This document shows, in pieces, positions 24,571 to 34,549 of a stretch of DNA of 64,000 nucleotides. This stretch comes from Amphiscolops sp. MND2022 (lineage: Eukaryota). The stretch is from the NCBI GenBank assembly GCA_964187785.1, contig OZ076409.1:27716001-27780000 (forward strand), given 5' to 3'. Under the pieces are notes generated by a model. It was not told where the DNA came from, searched no databases, and saw nothing but the letters and a program-made list of their open reading frames with translations. A program made the translations under genes and the position numbers. Position 1 is the stretch's first letter. Each line of letters opens with the position of its first letter.

Positions 24571-27500
24571 TTAGTATCTAAAGTCTTCTGAGTAGTTAGG
24601 GGTAGGATTAGGCCTGAGATTATATTTCCCAGCTCTAGGACTCAGATTTTCATTTCCTTCTTCATTTTGCGATATTTCGGGCACGATAATATCATCCCCC
24701 CTATTTGGAGAATTTTCTGCATCTTTTTCATTCATCAAATTTCTTTCTGGAAAATTTGCATCGTCTTTTAGTCCTTCAGCCGTATTCGGCACAGATTTTT
24801 CTTGGGTTTTTGGGGAAACGGCCGGATTTGGCCAATCAAATTCGTCATTTCTAATAGCTTCAGTAGCTTTATTTCTTTTAGTGACGTCATCAATTAATCG
24901 TTCATTCCGGCTATGCGACGCGCGGTCAGTGAAATTTGATTCGTCACTCGTGATTACATAATCAACTTCATTCTCGCTTGCGTCACTTGCATTCGGTTCT
25001 GCCGTAGTCGGCTGTTCGTCATTCGTCAAGCTGGTCGGAATAGGCTCGCTGCCTCGTGTGTCTAGTTGTTCGCCAAAGTTTGTTTCCCACGTTATTACAT
25101 ACAAGTCGTCTTGCGGAATGATTATTTCGTCATCCGGCTGTAGACGCTGTTCTCGGAAATTGTCCTCAAGTGGTTGATTTGGCACAAACTTTTTGAGACG
25201 AATTCGATGCAATATCTGCGTTTTATTTGTATTAAGCCTTCGGACAATGTAATTCTCATTAGGTAAGGTCTTTTGGACTATAAATGGTCCAACCCAACGA
25301 TAATCCCTGAATGGAATTTTTGATCCTTGATGATCCGCTTTCGGCTGTAATACAAAACAGTAATCGCCCTCTTTGATTGGGGCGGCTTTTGCTTTTCGGT
25401 CGTAATACTCCTTATATTTGATATATGACTGCATGATGTTCTGTTTAGTTTTGTCAATAAGGAGTTTGGTCCGGTTCTGGATTTCTTCTGCGAATTCAGT
25501 AGTCGGATGGATTTGCTCATTTGGATTCATTCCAAGTTTGTGGTCCAAGATGTTGTATGGGATTCTCCCATGGAACACTCTTGTGGGTTCGCATCCGATA
25601 CTGGCATGATAACTTGTGTTATGATTGAGAACTGCTAAAGGCAAATATTTATGCCATTGTCGGCGATATTCCCCACATGCCATTTTCAGGTTCGTTTTTA
25701 ATGAGGCATGCGTTCGCTCTAATTTCCCGATGGTTTGCGGGTGTTTCGTCGTTGCACATTTTAGGGTAATGCCTAAAATCTGTGTAATTTCCGCAATGAT
25801 CGTGGAAGTAAAGGCAGTTCCTTTGTCCGTAATGAGCGTCGTCGGTAGGTAAGAATGTTTCGTCATAATATCAATGATTGCTTTAGCTACATTGATCGCT
25901 GATGCGTCTGTAAGAGGATAAGCAAACAAGTATCGAGAGAAGACATCAATTGCAGTTAAAACATTTTCGTATCCTCCACTTGGGGGAAGATTCGGCAATA
26001 AGTCGATTTGCATGGCGTCTTCAGGTCCAAGGTCCCATTCGGGCAAATTGAGTAGTTCAGGCGTGATTGTTGCGTTTGGGACTCGTTTGTCCTTCGCACA
26101 TTGTTCACACCCTTCTACCCACTTTTTGACATGTTTCGCCATGTTAGGGTAATAATATCTCTGTCTGATCTCCTGCAGCATCTTTGAGATGCCTGGGTGC
26201 TTGTGGGCTGTCCCGTGTAGGGACTGAAGCAATTCTGGCAGCAAGTGTTGCGGGAGAAGAATTTGATGATATTTTATATTCCCGGTTTCGTCAAAATATT
26301 GCCTTGTTAGGATGTCTTCCTTGATGACAATTCTTTCCAGATTATTAGCATAATGTCTGTATCGAGCATCCTGTTGCAGTATGTTTTCTGAGTACTCTTC
26401 ATGAAGGAGCTTCGCCTTCAGTTGTTGCAATACTGTATCTTTGGATTGCTCAATAATTATCTGGTTGGTTTTCCTCAGTCGGACTTGTATTTCAGGTTGT
26501 TGTTTGACTAAGTTAGTATAGAGAGTTTGTATTGTAACAGTAGGTTCTTCATTTACAGGATTTTTCCTGATTGCTTCTTTTCTCGCCCAATATTGTTCTT
26601 CAGTCTCATCATCGTCGTTTGTGTAGAAGATTTGCTCTTCCTGTGAGACTCCGGCTGATTGGACGTTTATTTCTATTGGCAGTGTTTGTACATCTTCGAG
26701 GATTTTCATGACTAATTTGTCCTTCGGTTCGGCTTCCAATCGAGATAAATAATCTGCTGCCGTATTTTGTGCTCCTGGGATGTGCGCGATGACAAAATTG
26801 AACTGAATTACATAGTCACACGCATTCCACAGGGCTGGGGGTACGATTTTCGTTTGGAAAAATCTTGTTACGGCTTTGTTGTCAGTTAGGATTATGACCG
26901 GTTTCGGCGCTCCCCAGAAGATATGTCCAAATTCTTTAAATGCGAAGTAGATCGCGAGAAATTCTTTTGCATAAATCGACATCTTTATCTGGGCTGGGGT
27001 GAAGGTTTTTGAACCATAAGCGACCGGTGCATATGATTTGCGGATTGACGTGAATTTCTGACTCGGGTCATCTTCGATGAGTACTGCATATCCTGCAGCA
27101 CCAAAACTTGCATCTGTCATTAGGGCAATTTGTTTGTTCGGGATGGGTTGTTGTAGGGCCAAGTCGCAGCATTTGTCCAGAGCTCGATTGATTTCCTCAA
27201 ATTGTTGAACTAGTTCCTTGGACACTAGGACTTTTTCGTCACTCTTGAGCATCTTGTAGAACGGAGCAAGGCGTTCAGACAGTCTTGGGACATAATTCCG
27301 GTAGTAGTTCAAGAAACCCAAATATCTTTGTAGAGCCTTTTTCGACTTCGGAAATTTGGTCTTTTCTAGGAAATTCTGAACATTCTGCCGTTGGGGCTTG
27401 ACGCCTTGTGCGGTTATTGTCCTGCCAAGGAAATCGATTTCTGTGGCACCAAAATGGCACTTGTGCATTGTCAATTTAAGGCCTGCCTCCTGGATGCATT

Positions 27501-29784
27501 TGAAAGTTGCTCTCAGGTTAGCAATAAGGTGATCGGCGTCGTTGGCTGCGATGCCAATATCGTCTACATACTGTGCACATTGGTCCGCTTTTATGACTTT
27601 GTCTAGGTACTCTCTCATAAAGCTGGAGAATGCGGACAGTGCCCTACTAAGGCCTTGTGCCAGTCGTCTATAGGCGAATGTGCGGCTTGCAAAGTTAAAG
27701 GCCAGCATTTCGATTGAACGTTGGTCGGCCATGGGAAGGCAATGATACGCCTGTGAACAGTCTAACTTGCAAAAGAGTTTCTTGCCTGCCATGTGTTGGG
27801 CGGCATCGACTAGGGTACTGACTGGATGATTATTGTTAATATAATCATCGGAGATTAGGTTGTTGATTTTTCTCAAGTCAACCAGAAGTCTCAGTTTCCC
27901 ATTCGGTTTCTTTTGTGCAAATATTGGACTGGCGTATTTCGAGAACGGTAGGGTAGTTATGATGCCATATTTGTGGAGCATGGCTAATTCGACTAAAATG
28001 TCCTCCTTCAGGTTAATCGGCGCAGGGAGGCTTTGGCTGTAGGCTGGGGAATCGTCCTTGGGTGTCAACTTCACTTTGAATTCCTCATTCATGCCTATGT
28101 CGAATCTATGTCTTGCAAAGATATCATGGAACTCCACTAGTAATTGTTCAATTTTCTCTTTTTCATCAGGTGTCAATGTGGAGTCTTTCCAGTCAAAGTT
28201 TTCTAGGAATTTTGCCTTAGATTCCTCATCCTTTGTGGGATCGAGTGATTCTAGGTCCTGTAGGGCTTGTAATTCACGGAGTATCCTTTTTTGGATTGGT
28301 GTATGTTCTTCTGGGTTCCCTGGGTTCTCTGGGGTTGGGAACCAGTAGTTTTCGGTATTTTGTGGATTCTTGTTAGTCTTGATGAGACTACTGACGTAAT
28401 GGGCTGCCTGTTCTTGGTCATTTTGTAACAAATGCCAGGTTGAAGCTGGGTCTACTGGTTTGACGTATTTCATCTGCTCTGGCGTCATGACTGAGAAGCT
28501 GGCAATATGGAGTCCCTTTTTGAGCTTGTAAGGGTGGTCTGTGAAATTATTCACCGGTATCTGTATATTGCCATCGTTCAAAGTAACCAGGGCTGGGCAG
28601 AATGTGATGTCTCCTTCTTCATGAAGAAGGTCGCTCGGTTGTAAAATCCCTGTGACCGTGTTTTCAGGGTACAATAGGGAATTGGTCCTAATTAGGACTC
28701 TGTCGTTTGGCGGAATGGTTATTTCGGTAGGGTTCAAAATTGGTTCAAGTACATTCGAGTATTTGTGATCAGCTGTTTTGAGCTGCATCGAAAAGAATGG
28801 AAAGTTCAGTATTCCTTGCCTCATGTCCAAAACTGTATGGTTTCTCTGTAGGAACATCAGTCCTATAATTGGTCCTGTCAAGTGTTCCATTACTATGAAA
28901 ATTTCATGGAATTCTATGTCACCAACTTCAAATTTGAGCTCTATAGTACTCTTTGGAGTCTCTAGTTGCCCATTTGCGACCATTATCTGGAAATTCGGAG
29001 GTGGACCTTCCCGGATGACTGATTGCGGCGATAGGAGCCTGATTTTCCGGAGGTCCATTTCAGGGATTGCACTGGATAAGGCACCCGTGTCAATAAGTCC
29101 ATCTATGGTCAGTTCCCCAAAGTCCATAGGGAAATACAGCATGCGTTTTTTGCATTTCAAGTTTATGTTGGTGGACAGAGGAATACAGTCTGGTTCTCCT
29201 TCTCTGGTGATGAGGATGTTCTGGAACTGACTTTCATCAAGTAGTGAGTGTGGTATTGTTTCTTCTTGTTTGTCTGAGGTCTCGGTCCCCAAGGGGTTTG
29301 GGAATACCGGATGGCTTGTACCATCATTCATCTGCCATGTTTCAATCAATGCTCTGGTTTTCTTGTTATGGGTGATTGGTGGATTGTCATGGACTGATCT
29401 GTTATAGAGTTCTATATCATCAATAACGTATTGGAATTGCAACAAATCCTGGTTATAAAGTTCGGTGTCCCAATAGGGATCTCGTCCATAGTCAGGATCT
29501 ATGTAGGTAGGGTTGTAGTCATCTACCAAGGGAATGGGCCTGAATCGGCTATTGAAAGCAGATGTGTAATCAGGGTCCCATACAGGAATTGGTTTTTGGA
29601 ACAAATGGGTATTATTATAGGTAATAATGGTAGCTTTTTCCATCTGTTGCTGCCAGACAACAGAAGGGTAGCCCATCAGTTGCTGCTGATAGTTATGAAA
29701 GCTTTGAGTTGGAGGGTCCGATTTGATGTATTGTCGGACAGAGACTAATTGGTTATATTGGAGTCGTGGCGAAGTTAGTTTTTT
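24571..29784 (-). CDS. pol: Pol polyprotein (aspartic protease, RT, RNase H, integrase), expressed as Gag-Pol by -1 frameshift
   Basis: LIDTGA; LDCSQAY..YVDD; TDAS..ADYLSR; H-x4-H..CEQC; IDL..TDKG..LERTH; GPF motif. The frame is open from the gag stop to the ATG at 29676. Confidence 0.97.
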   Translation of the reverse strand, partial: KKLTSPRLQYNQLVSVRQYIKSDPPTQSFHNYQQQLMGYPSVVWQQQMEKATIITYNNTHLFQKPIPVWDPDYTSAFNSRFRPIPLVDDYNPTYIDPDYGRDPYWDTELYNQDLLQFQYVIDDIELYNRSVHDNPPITHNKKTRALIETWQMNDGTSHPVFPNPLGTETSDKQEETIPHSLLDESQFQNILITREGEPDCIPLSTNINLKCKKRMLYFPMDFGELTIDGLIDTGALSSAIPEMDLRKIRLLSPQSVIREGPPPNFQIMVANGQLETPKSTIELKFEVGDIEFHEIFIVMEHLTGPIIGLMFLQRNHTVLDMRQGILNFPFFSMQLKTADHKYSNVLEPILNPTEITIPPNDRVLIRTNSLLYPENTVTGILQPSDLLHEEGDITFCPALVTLNDGNIQIPVNNFTDHPYKLKKGLHIASFSVMTPEQMKYVKPVDPASTWHLLQNDQEQAAHYVSSLIKTNKNPQNTENYWFPTPENPGNPEEHTPIQKRILRELQALQDLESLDPTKDEESKAKFLENFDWKDSTLTPDEKEKIEQLLVEFHDIFARHRFDIGMNEEFKVKLTPKDDSPAYSQSLPAPINLKEDILVELAMLHKYGIITTLPFSKYASPIFAQKKPNGKLRLLVDLRKINNLISDDYINNNHPVSTLVDAAQHMAGKKLFCKLDCSQAYHCLPMADQRSIEMLAFNFASRTFAYRRLAQGLSRALSAFSSFMREYLDKVIKADQCAQYVDDIGIAANDADHLIANLRATFKCIQEAGLKLTMHKCHFGATEIDFLGRTITAQGVKPQRQNVQNFLEKTKFPKSKKALQRYLGFLNYYRNYVPRLSERLAPFYKMLKSDEKVLVSKELVQQFEEINRALDKCCDLALQQPIPNKQIALMTDASFGAAGYAVLIEDDPSQKFTSIRKSYAPVAYGSKTFTPAQIKMSIYAKEFLAIYFAFKEFGHIFWGAPKPVIILTDNKAVTRFFQTKIVPPALWNACDYVIQFNFVIAHIPGAQNTAADYLSRLEAEPKDKLVMKILEDVQTLPIEINVQSAGVSQEEQIFYTNDDDETEEQYWARKEAIRKNPVNEEPTVTIQTLYTNLVKQQPEIQVRLRKTNQIIIEQSKDTVLQQLKAKLLHEEYSENILQQDARYRHYANNLERIVIKEDILTRQYFDETGNIKYHQILLPQHLLPELLQSLHGTAHKHPGISKMLQEIRQRYYYPNMAKHVKKWVEGCEQCAKDKRVPNATITPELLNLPEWDLGPEDAMQIDLLPNLPPSGGYENVLTAIDVFSRYLFAYPLTDASAINVAKAIIDIMTKHSYLPTTLITDKGTAFTSTIIAEITQILGITLKCATTKHPQTIGKLERTHASLKTNLKMACGEYRRQWHKYLPLAVLNHNTSYHASIGCEPTRVFHGRIPYNILDHKLGMNPNEQIHPTTEFAEEIQNRTKLLIDKTKQNIMQSYIKYKEYYDRKAKAAPIKEGDYCFVLQPKADHQGSKIPFRDYRWVGPFIVQKTLPNENYIVRRLNTNKTQILHRIRLKKFVPNQPLEDNFREQRLQPDDEIIIPQDDLYVITWETNFGEQLDTRGSEPIPTSLTNDEQPTTAEPNASDASENEVDYVITSDESNFTDRASHSRNERLIDDVTKRNKATEAIRNDEFDWPNPAVSPKTQEKSVPNTAEGLKDDANFPERNLMNEKDAENSPNRGDDIIVPEISQNEEGNENLSPRAGKYNLRPNPTPNYSEDFRY

Positions 29785-31496
29785 GACTCATCATTAGAGG
29801 ATGAGGATTGGGAGCTTGGTGATGTTGATTTGTTTTGTGGTTTCTGCGCCTTTGAATTGGGCTTACCATCATTGGCGTCATCTGGTCTGGTGCGTTTGGG
29901 TTTGAGATGTGCACCAGCGCCTTGCCAACATCTTTCTTCGGGGTGGTTCTTTTTACCACAAGTGCCACACTCCGGGTACGTCTTTTTCTGAGTCTGTTTG
30001 CCTTGTTGGGCATCTTTTTCTTTTTTCTTCTTCAGTTTCTCGCAATCCTTGACCATATGGCCCTTTTCCTTGCAATAATTGCACGTTATGTCACTCATCT
30101 GTACATTGGAAGGAACAGTTTTTGTCTTGCCAACCGAAGATGTCATTGACGCTATAGGTAGGTCGTCAGACTCCTCGAGTGCATTCAGTTCCAGTTCTCT
30201 TTCTAGATGAGCGACGATTTCATCGTAAGAGCCATTCTCTAGTCTAGCCATGTTGACTGATCTTTTGAGCTTTGGTGGCAGTTTTGCGTATAGGAGACTG
30301 TCGATCATTTTTTGGGCATTGTCTCCAAAGGCTTTTTCTGCTCCTTGGTTAAGCTCTTCAAGGAAGTCTGGCAATTTGGTCGTGTTAGGGTCAAAGACTA
30401 GGCGATGCCATTTGTGTTTTGCAGTTGCCTGAGATTCAGGTTTGACGTACTTTCGTCTGAAAATAACAAGTACATCCTCAAGAGTTTGTCTATTGGCGTT
30501 CCTGATGTTTCTGAATGTTTGGAGTGCATTCTTTCGCAGCAAGGAATGGAAGTGATTGATTTTCATTTGTTCGGTCATCTCAGGCTGCATCTTGATCATC
30601 GTATGGAATAAATCCTCAAACAGCTCGAACTTCTCACTTTTTCCGTCGAATGTCATTGTGTTGGAGTTGACTGGGCGGATAGTGAGTTGTTGGGCCGTTG
30701 GACGGTTCTGCATACTAGTCAAAACATCTGCTAGCCTGTTGATGGGGTCTTGTTCTGATGCCAGAGCGGGTCGTTCTTGTGCTGGGATCGTCGTGTCGAG
30801 CAGCGGAAGGTCATCGCAGGATCTGTTGAGATGACTAGTGGATGGCATTCGTCCTGTGAGAAACTCAGGAACTTCAATTGGAGATTCGTTTTCTCCTGTC
30901 ACCATGTCGTAAGCACGAGTATCTGAGAATGTGAATCCGTCCTTCTCACGATTACCAAGTGTCTTACTCTTCAAATTGTTCCTAGAGTCCGCATTACGTA
31001 GAACTTCGGAATATCCTTCCGGTCTCTCGGACGGTATGTTCCATCTCTCTTTGGTCATATGTCCGGAATCGGCCATAAGGGCATTTTGAATCTGGGGAAG
31101 AACTTGATTACTAATTGCCTCACTTATAGCTCTTTGAATCTGCACACTGACGCTGTTCATCATCTCATCCATCTCCCGAGATATACGGGAATTCAACTCA
31201 CTCGACAATCTGTTGATCTCGGCGTTAGAACTACCTCTAGCTGAGTTCTGGCCTAGTTCGGCATTTGGACTAGGTCCATTGTTCTCAGAGTTAGATAACC
31301 TATTTTCATCCTCATTTTCAAATTCGTCGCCAAAAGGACTACCAGGTCTTCTGGCCTGGTTACTATTTAGACTCTCACTTCTTTCATTTCTATTGTAATG
31401 ATTTCCTCCAAGCATTATGTCTAAATTCTCAATATCTGACAACATTTCTGCCTCTCTTGATTTTCTCGCTTTCTTTTGTTTCCTTGTGGTAGGCAT
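29775..31496 (-). CDS. gag: Gag, 573 aa, two CCHC zinc knuckles
   Basis: TFDGKSEKFELFE capsid-like start; CNYCKEKGHMVKDC and CGTCGKKNHPEERC. Confidence 0.95.
   Translation of the reverse strand: MPTTRKQKKARKSREAEMLSDIENLDIMLGGNHYNRNERSESLNSNQARRPGSPFGDEFENEDENRLSNSENNGPSPNAELGQNSARGSSNAEINRLSSELNSRISREMDEMMNSVSVQIQRAISEAISNQVLPQIQNALMADSGHMTKERWNIPSERPEGYSEVLRNADSRNNLKSKTLGNREKDGFTFSDTRAYDMVTGENESPIEVPEFLTGRMPSTSHLNRSCDDLPLLDTTIPAQERPALASEQDPINRLADVLTSMQNRPTAQQLTIRPVNSNTMTFDGKSEKFELFEDLFHTMIKMQPEMTEQMKINHFHSLLRKNALQTFRNIRNANRQTLEDVLVIFRRKYVKPESQATAKHKWHRLVFDPNTTKLPDFLEELNQGAEKAFGDNAQKMIDSLLYAKLPPKLKRSVNMARLENGSYDEIVAHLERELELNALEESDDLPIASMTSSVGKTKTVPSNVQMSDITCNYCKEKGHMVKDCEKLKKKKEKDAQQGKQTQKKTYPECGTCGKKNHPEERCWQGAGAHLKPKRTRPDDANDGKPNSKAQKPQNKSTSPSSQSSSSNDESKN
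29778..29784 (-). promoter_or_regulatory. -1 ribosomal frameshift slippery heptamer A AAA AAC
   Basis: Minus strand reads TCA AAA AAC TAA. The -1 frame continues CTA ACT TCG...CTG ATG GGC into pol without a stop. Confidence 0.85.
30893..30904 (-). promoter_or_regulatory. Putative primer binding site TGGTGACAGGAG
   Basis: Starts with TGG immediately after the 5' LTR end; 11/12 match to a tRNA-Leu-type PBS (TGGTGTCAGGAG) recalled from memory. Confidence 0.6.
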
Positions 31497-32752
31497 TGAA
31501 ATTGAACCGGGTTGAATAATTCAATTATTAAAACCGGAAAACTGACAAACGTCGTTGTAATAATTCGATCTTTATCAAAGCAAGGTTATGGAAATTGTGT
31601 CCCCCTTTGCAGGAAAGTAACTATATATACTCCTGAAAGATGACACTTACATTCCACGGATTCTTTGATCAAGATAATATCATGTGGTTATGTCCTCAAC
31701 GGGTCATGTGACAAATATTATTACGGCATCGGGTATTAATACTTCAAAGCAACTATTTTAGGGTGATGTCCCGATTGGGAAAATTCCTAACATTTTACAA
31801 TCACAACTATTCATTCATCAAAGGCGGCATCAGAATATTTACTAGTGCATCAAATGAAATTTCCGTCTATCAAAGGAACTAGCACTCATCATGAATGTAA
31901 ACAACATTGCACACATTCCTTTCAGGCACGTGCCACCACGTGACCTAAAATTAGCTTTGCAACAGTGTGAAGCACATCATGTTATTAGGCCTAATACGGC
32001 CAATTGTCATGTTAATAATTATATGCGTTGATTAACCGATTAGCCCCAAATATATGTACTGCATCACTTTTCAAAGGAACGTAACAACTTCAATGGCCGG
32101 AAATAGCCGGCTAATTAATAGGCAAGTACTAATGAAATATGGCCTTAAGGGCCTAGCAAAAGGGTTGAGTATTAAGACGAAGCATCAGTTATGAACAGAG
32201 ATCTGGCTATTATGAAAACACAAATTCAACAAACATGACTTGTTTCATGTTAAATTATCACCTTATTTCAGTCTTGAACTAAGGGGACGGAACCGTCCAT
32301 TTGACCAGTATATTAAAAGAGAAATATTAAAGCACGGCAACTGGCCTTACTCGGCCATTAGTTAGGTATCATCAATAGGCAAGATTATATACTGCGATGT
32401 GATTGGCTGAGGCAACGTGCTCAAGTGACGCAATCGGTATAGTGCTGTTCGTCACTTGAACACGTTTCCTTTACTGCCTTACAGTTGCTCGTTTCATTGT
32501 ATTTTCTATCGCTTTAAATTAGCGCCTTACAACTCCACCAACTCGATTGAAATTTCCAATTGTTAGATTTAACAGACTAATTGTATATAAAATGAGCATC
32601 ATCAATGATCATAATGCACAAAATAACAAAATGGCGTGAAAGTTTGATATCAATTGTAAGTTCTTAATAAATAGGTAAGGTTCCGGGTACATATTCTTGG
32701 CCAACTGCCGAAGTAGTTACTGTCGTGCCGTCACAGGCGGCAGCCTGCGACA
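30905..32752 (-). repeat. 5' LTR (1848 bp)
   Basis: TGTCG...CGACA terminal inverted repeat; direct repeat of 16521-18368. Confidence 0.96.
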
Positions 32753-34549
32753 GCTTCTAATAATAATCCTTTTCAAAATTAAACTCTCTTGGAACACTTT
32801 TACTCATACGGAAATAAAATTATTGTCCAAATTCGAAATAGATGCGAGCTCCTTGTGGAAGTCTGTTTGAAGCAACCAAACCTTGCATCTTTGAAAAAAG
32901 CCTTCAACGAAAAACCTTACGTTTTCGTTTTTAGACGAATGGTATGTGCTGTTCAATTTATTCGCTACTACTGTACGCCGTAATGTTTCCCGGCCACAAT
33001 TGTTTCAGCGATAGCATTTTTAAGGGCACTGGGATAGAAAATTCACTTCAAAAATTGGACCAAAATATCAGTTTTTAAAAGTTATTTGCCCTGTGTTTAT
33101 GTCCGGAAGATCCAATATAGGTGGAGGAAAATAGACTTTCGGATAAATTCAACTTGTATAAGAAAACAGTTTTCCGAGTTATAACGGATGAAAGTTTTTA
33201 AATAATTGTGGAAATGACCGACACTTTCAACGGCACTGCGGTTTTTTTGAAGAAATAATTTCGTTTTTTTTTGCGAACTTAGAGGGTCTCTTTCTGAGAG
33301 TTTTTCTGCACTTTGAGTCTTTTCCTGACAAAAAAATTATTTTGAAAATTGGATTGTTTGTTTCGCATAATTTCAGCGCAGTAAATTTGATAAAGTTTTC
33401 AACAATAATGTTCTTTCACATATTCAAAGACATATTTTTGGTCCTATGGAAATGATGAGAGATTTTTTTATAATTGTGGAAAATTCGTTCGGTTTTTTCG
33501 GCACTGTGAGACTTTTCTTGTGAAACTTTTTTTTGGTCAAAAGGTACCCTCTCCACTTTTAAAATGTTTTCGGCGTGCAAAAACATTTGTGAGCTTGAAG
33601 CTCCTTTTTCTGTACTCAGACACTTTTTCTGAAGAAAAAAGTTTTGGAAAACTTTCATTTTCAAAAGACGTTTCGGATGTTTCCAGTTAGAAAAAAACGG
33701 TTTTCAAGTCTTATGAGCATCATTCCAGTTTTTTCCACAAATGAAAATTTAAATGATATTTATTAAACTTGGTTTTTGAATCTTCAGCAGGACGTCAGCG
33801 TGTGCTGTTCCCGGTTCGTTACTTTTCGTTTCATTTTGAAACGAGGGATGAACCTTAGTTTTAAAGCGGCAACTGATGTCATTTTCACTATAACATCCAT
33901 TTCGGTGGAACATGCGCTATCATGCGCTATATCAAAAATGGATAGAATTATAACAATTTGTCTAGATCTTGGAGGGAGGTATGCCGGAATTTGCATTCAT
34001 TCAATGTCGAACGCTCGCATCCTTCGCATTCTAACAGTTTTGTTTGATCACAAGACTTTTGCGTAGGTACTTGCGCATTACGGACTAAAGTTTGTTTTTG
34101 TCGTCGCGCAACCTTCTCCAAAAACCCAAAAAACGAATCCAAAGTTGATATTTTATTTCGCTTCTACCTAAGTCTCAGTAAATAATAGCTTTTGGAATAC
34201 ATTTTCGAACGTTCAAAAGCATTCGCAAAAAAAGTTCGATGAAAAACTTCAATCTTTTCAAAACGTTCATGTTCACAGCTTTCGCAGTCAAAGGTTAGGA
34301 TCGGTAAAATAGTGAGTCGAACAATTGTAGTTTTGTCTGTTTTGCGAGTTCATGACCACTTGTTTTGGCTCTAAATTTTAAAACCACCTTCTTAGCTTTG
34401 TCAACGTTGTTTTTGAGTGAAAGGTTTTGTTGTACTTGAAAATTAACCCAAAATTCCAAACACTGTGAGCTCTTTCAATTGAGCTGTTGTTTTTTAAACA
34501 TCACTGACACTTTACGAACCTTTCCAATGGAGAAGATGATATATTTTGC

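Larger units (their letters stand above)
16521..32752 (-). mobile_element. Full-length Ty3/Gypsy LTR retrotransposon, 16232 bp, with two accessory genes
   Basis: TGT...ACA termini; 5-bp TSD GCTTC (16516-16520, 32753-32757); two 1848-bp LTRs; intact gag and PR-RT-RH-IN pol. Confidence 0.97.

Noticed and set aside
30905..32752. Tf1-type self-priming of reverse transcription
   Set aside because: No convincing complement of the PBS was found in the LTR by eye, and the PBS begins with TGG as expected for a tRNA primer.
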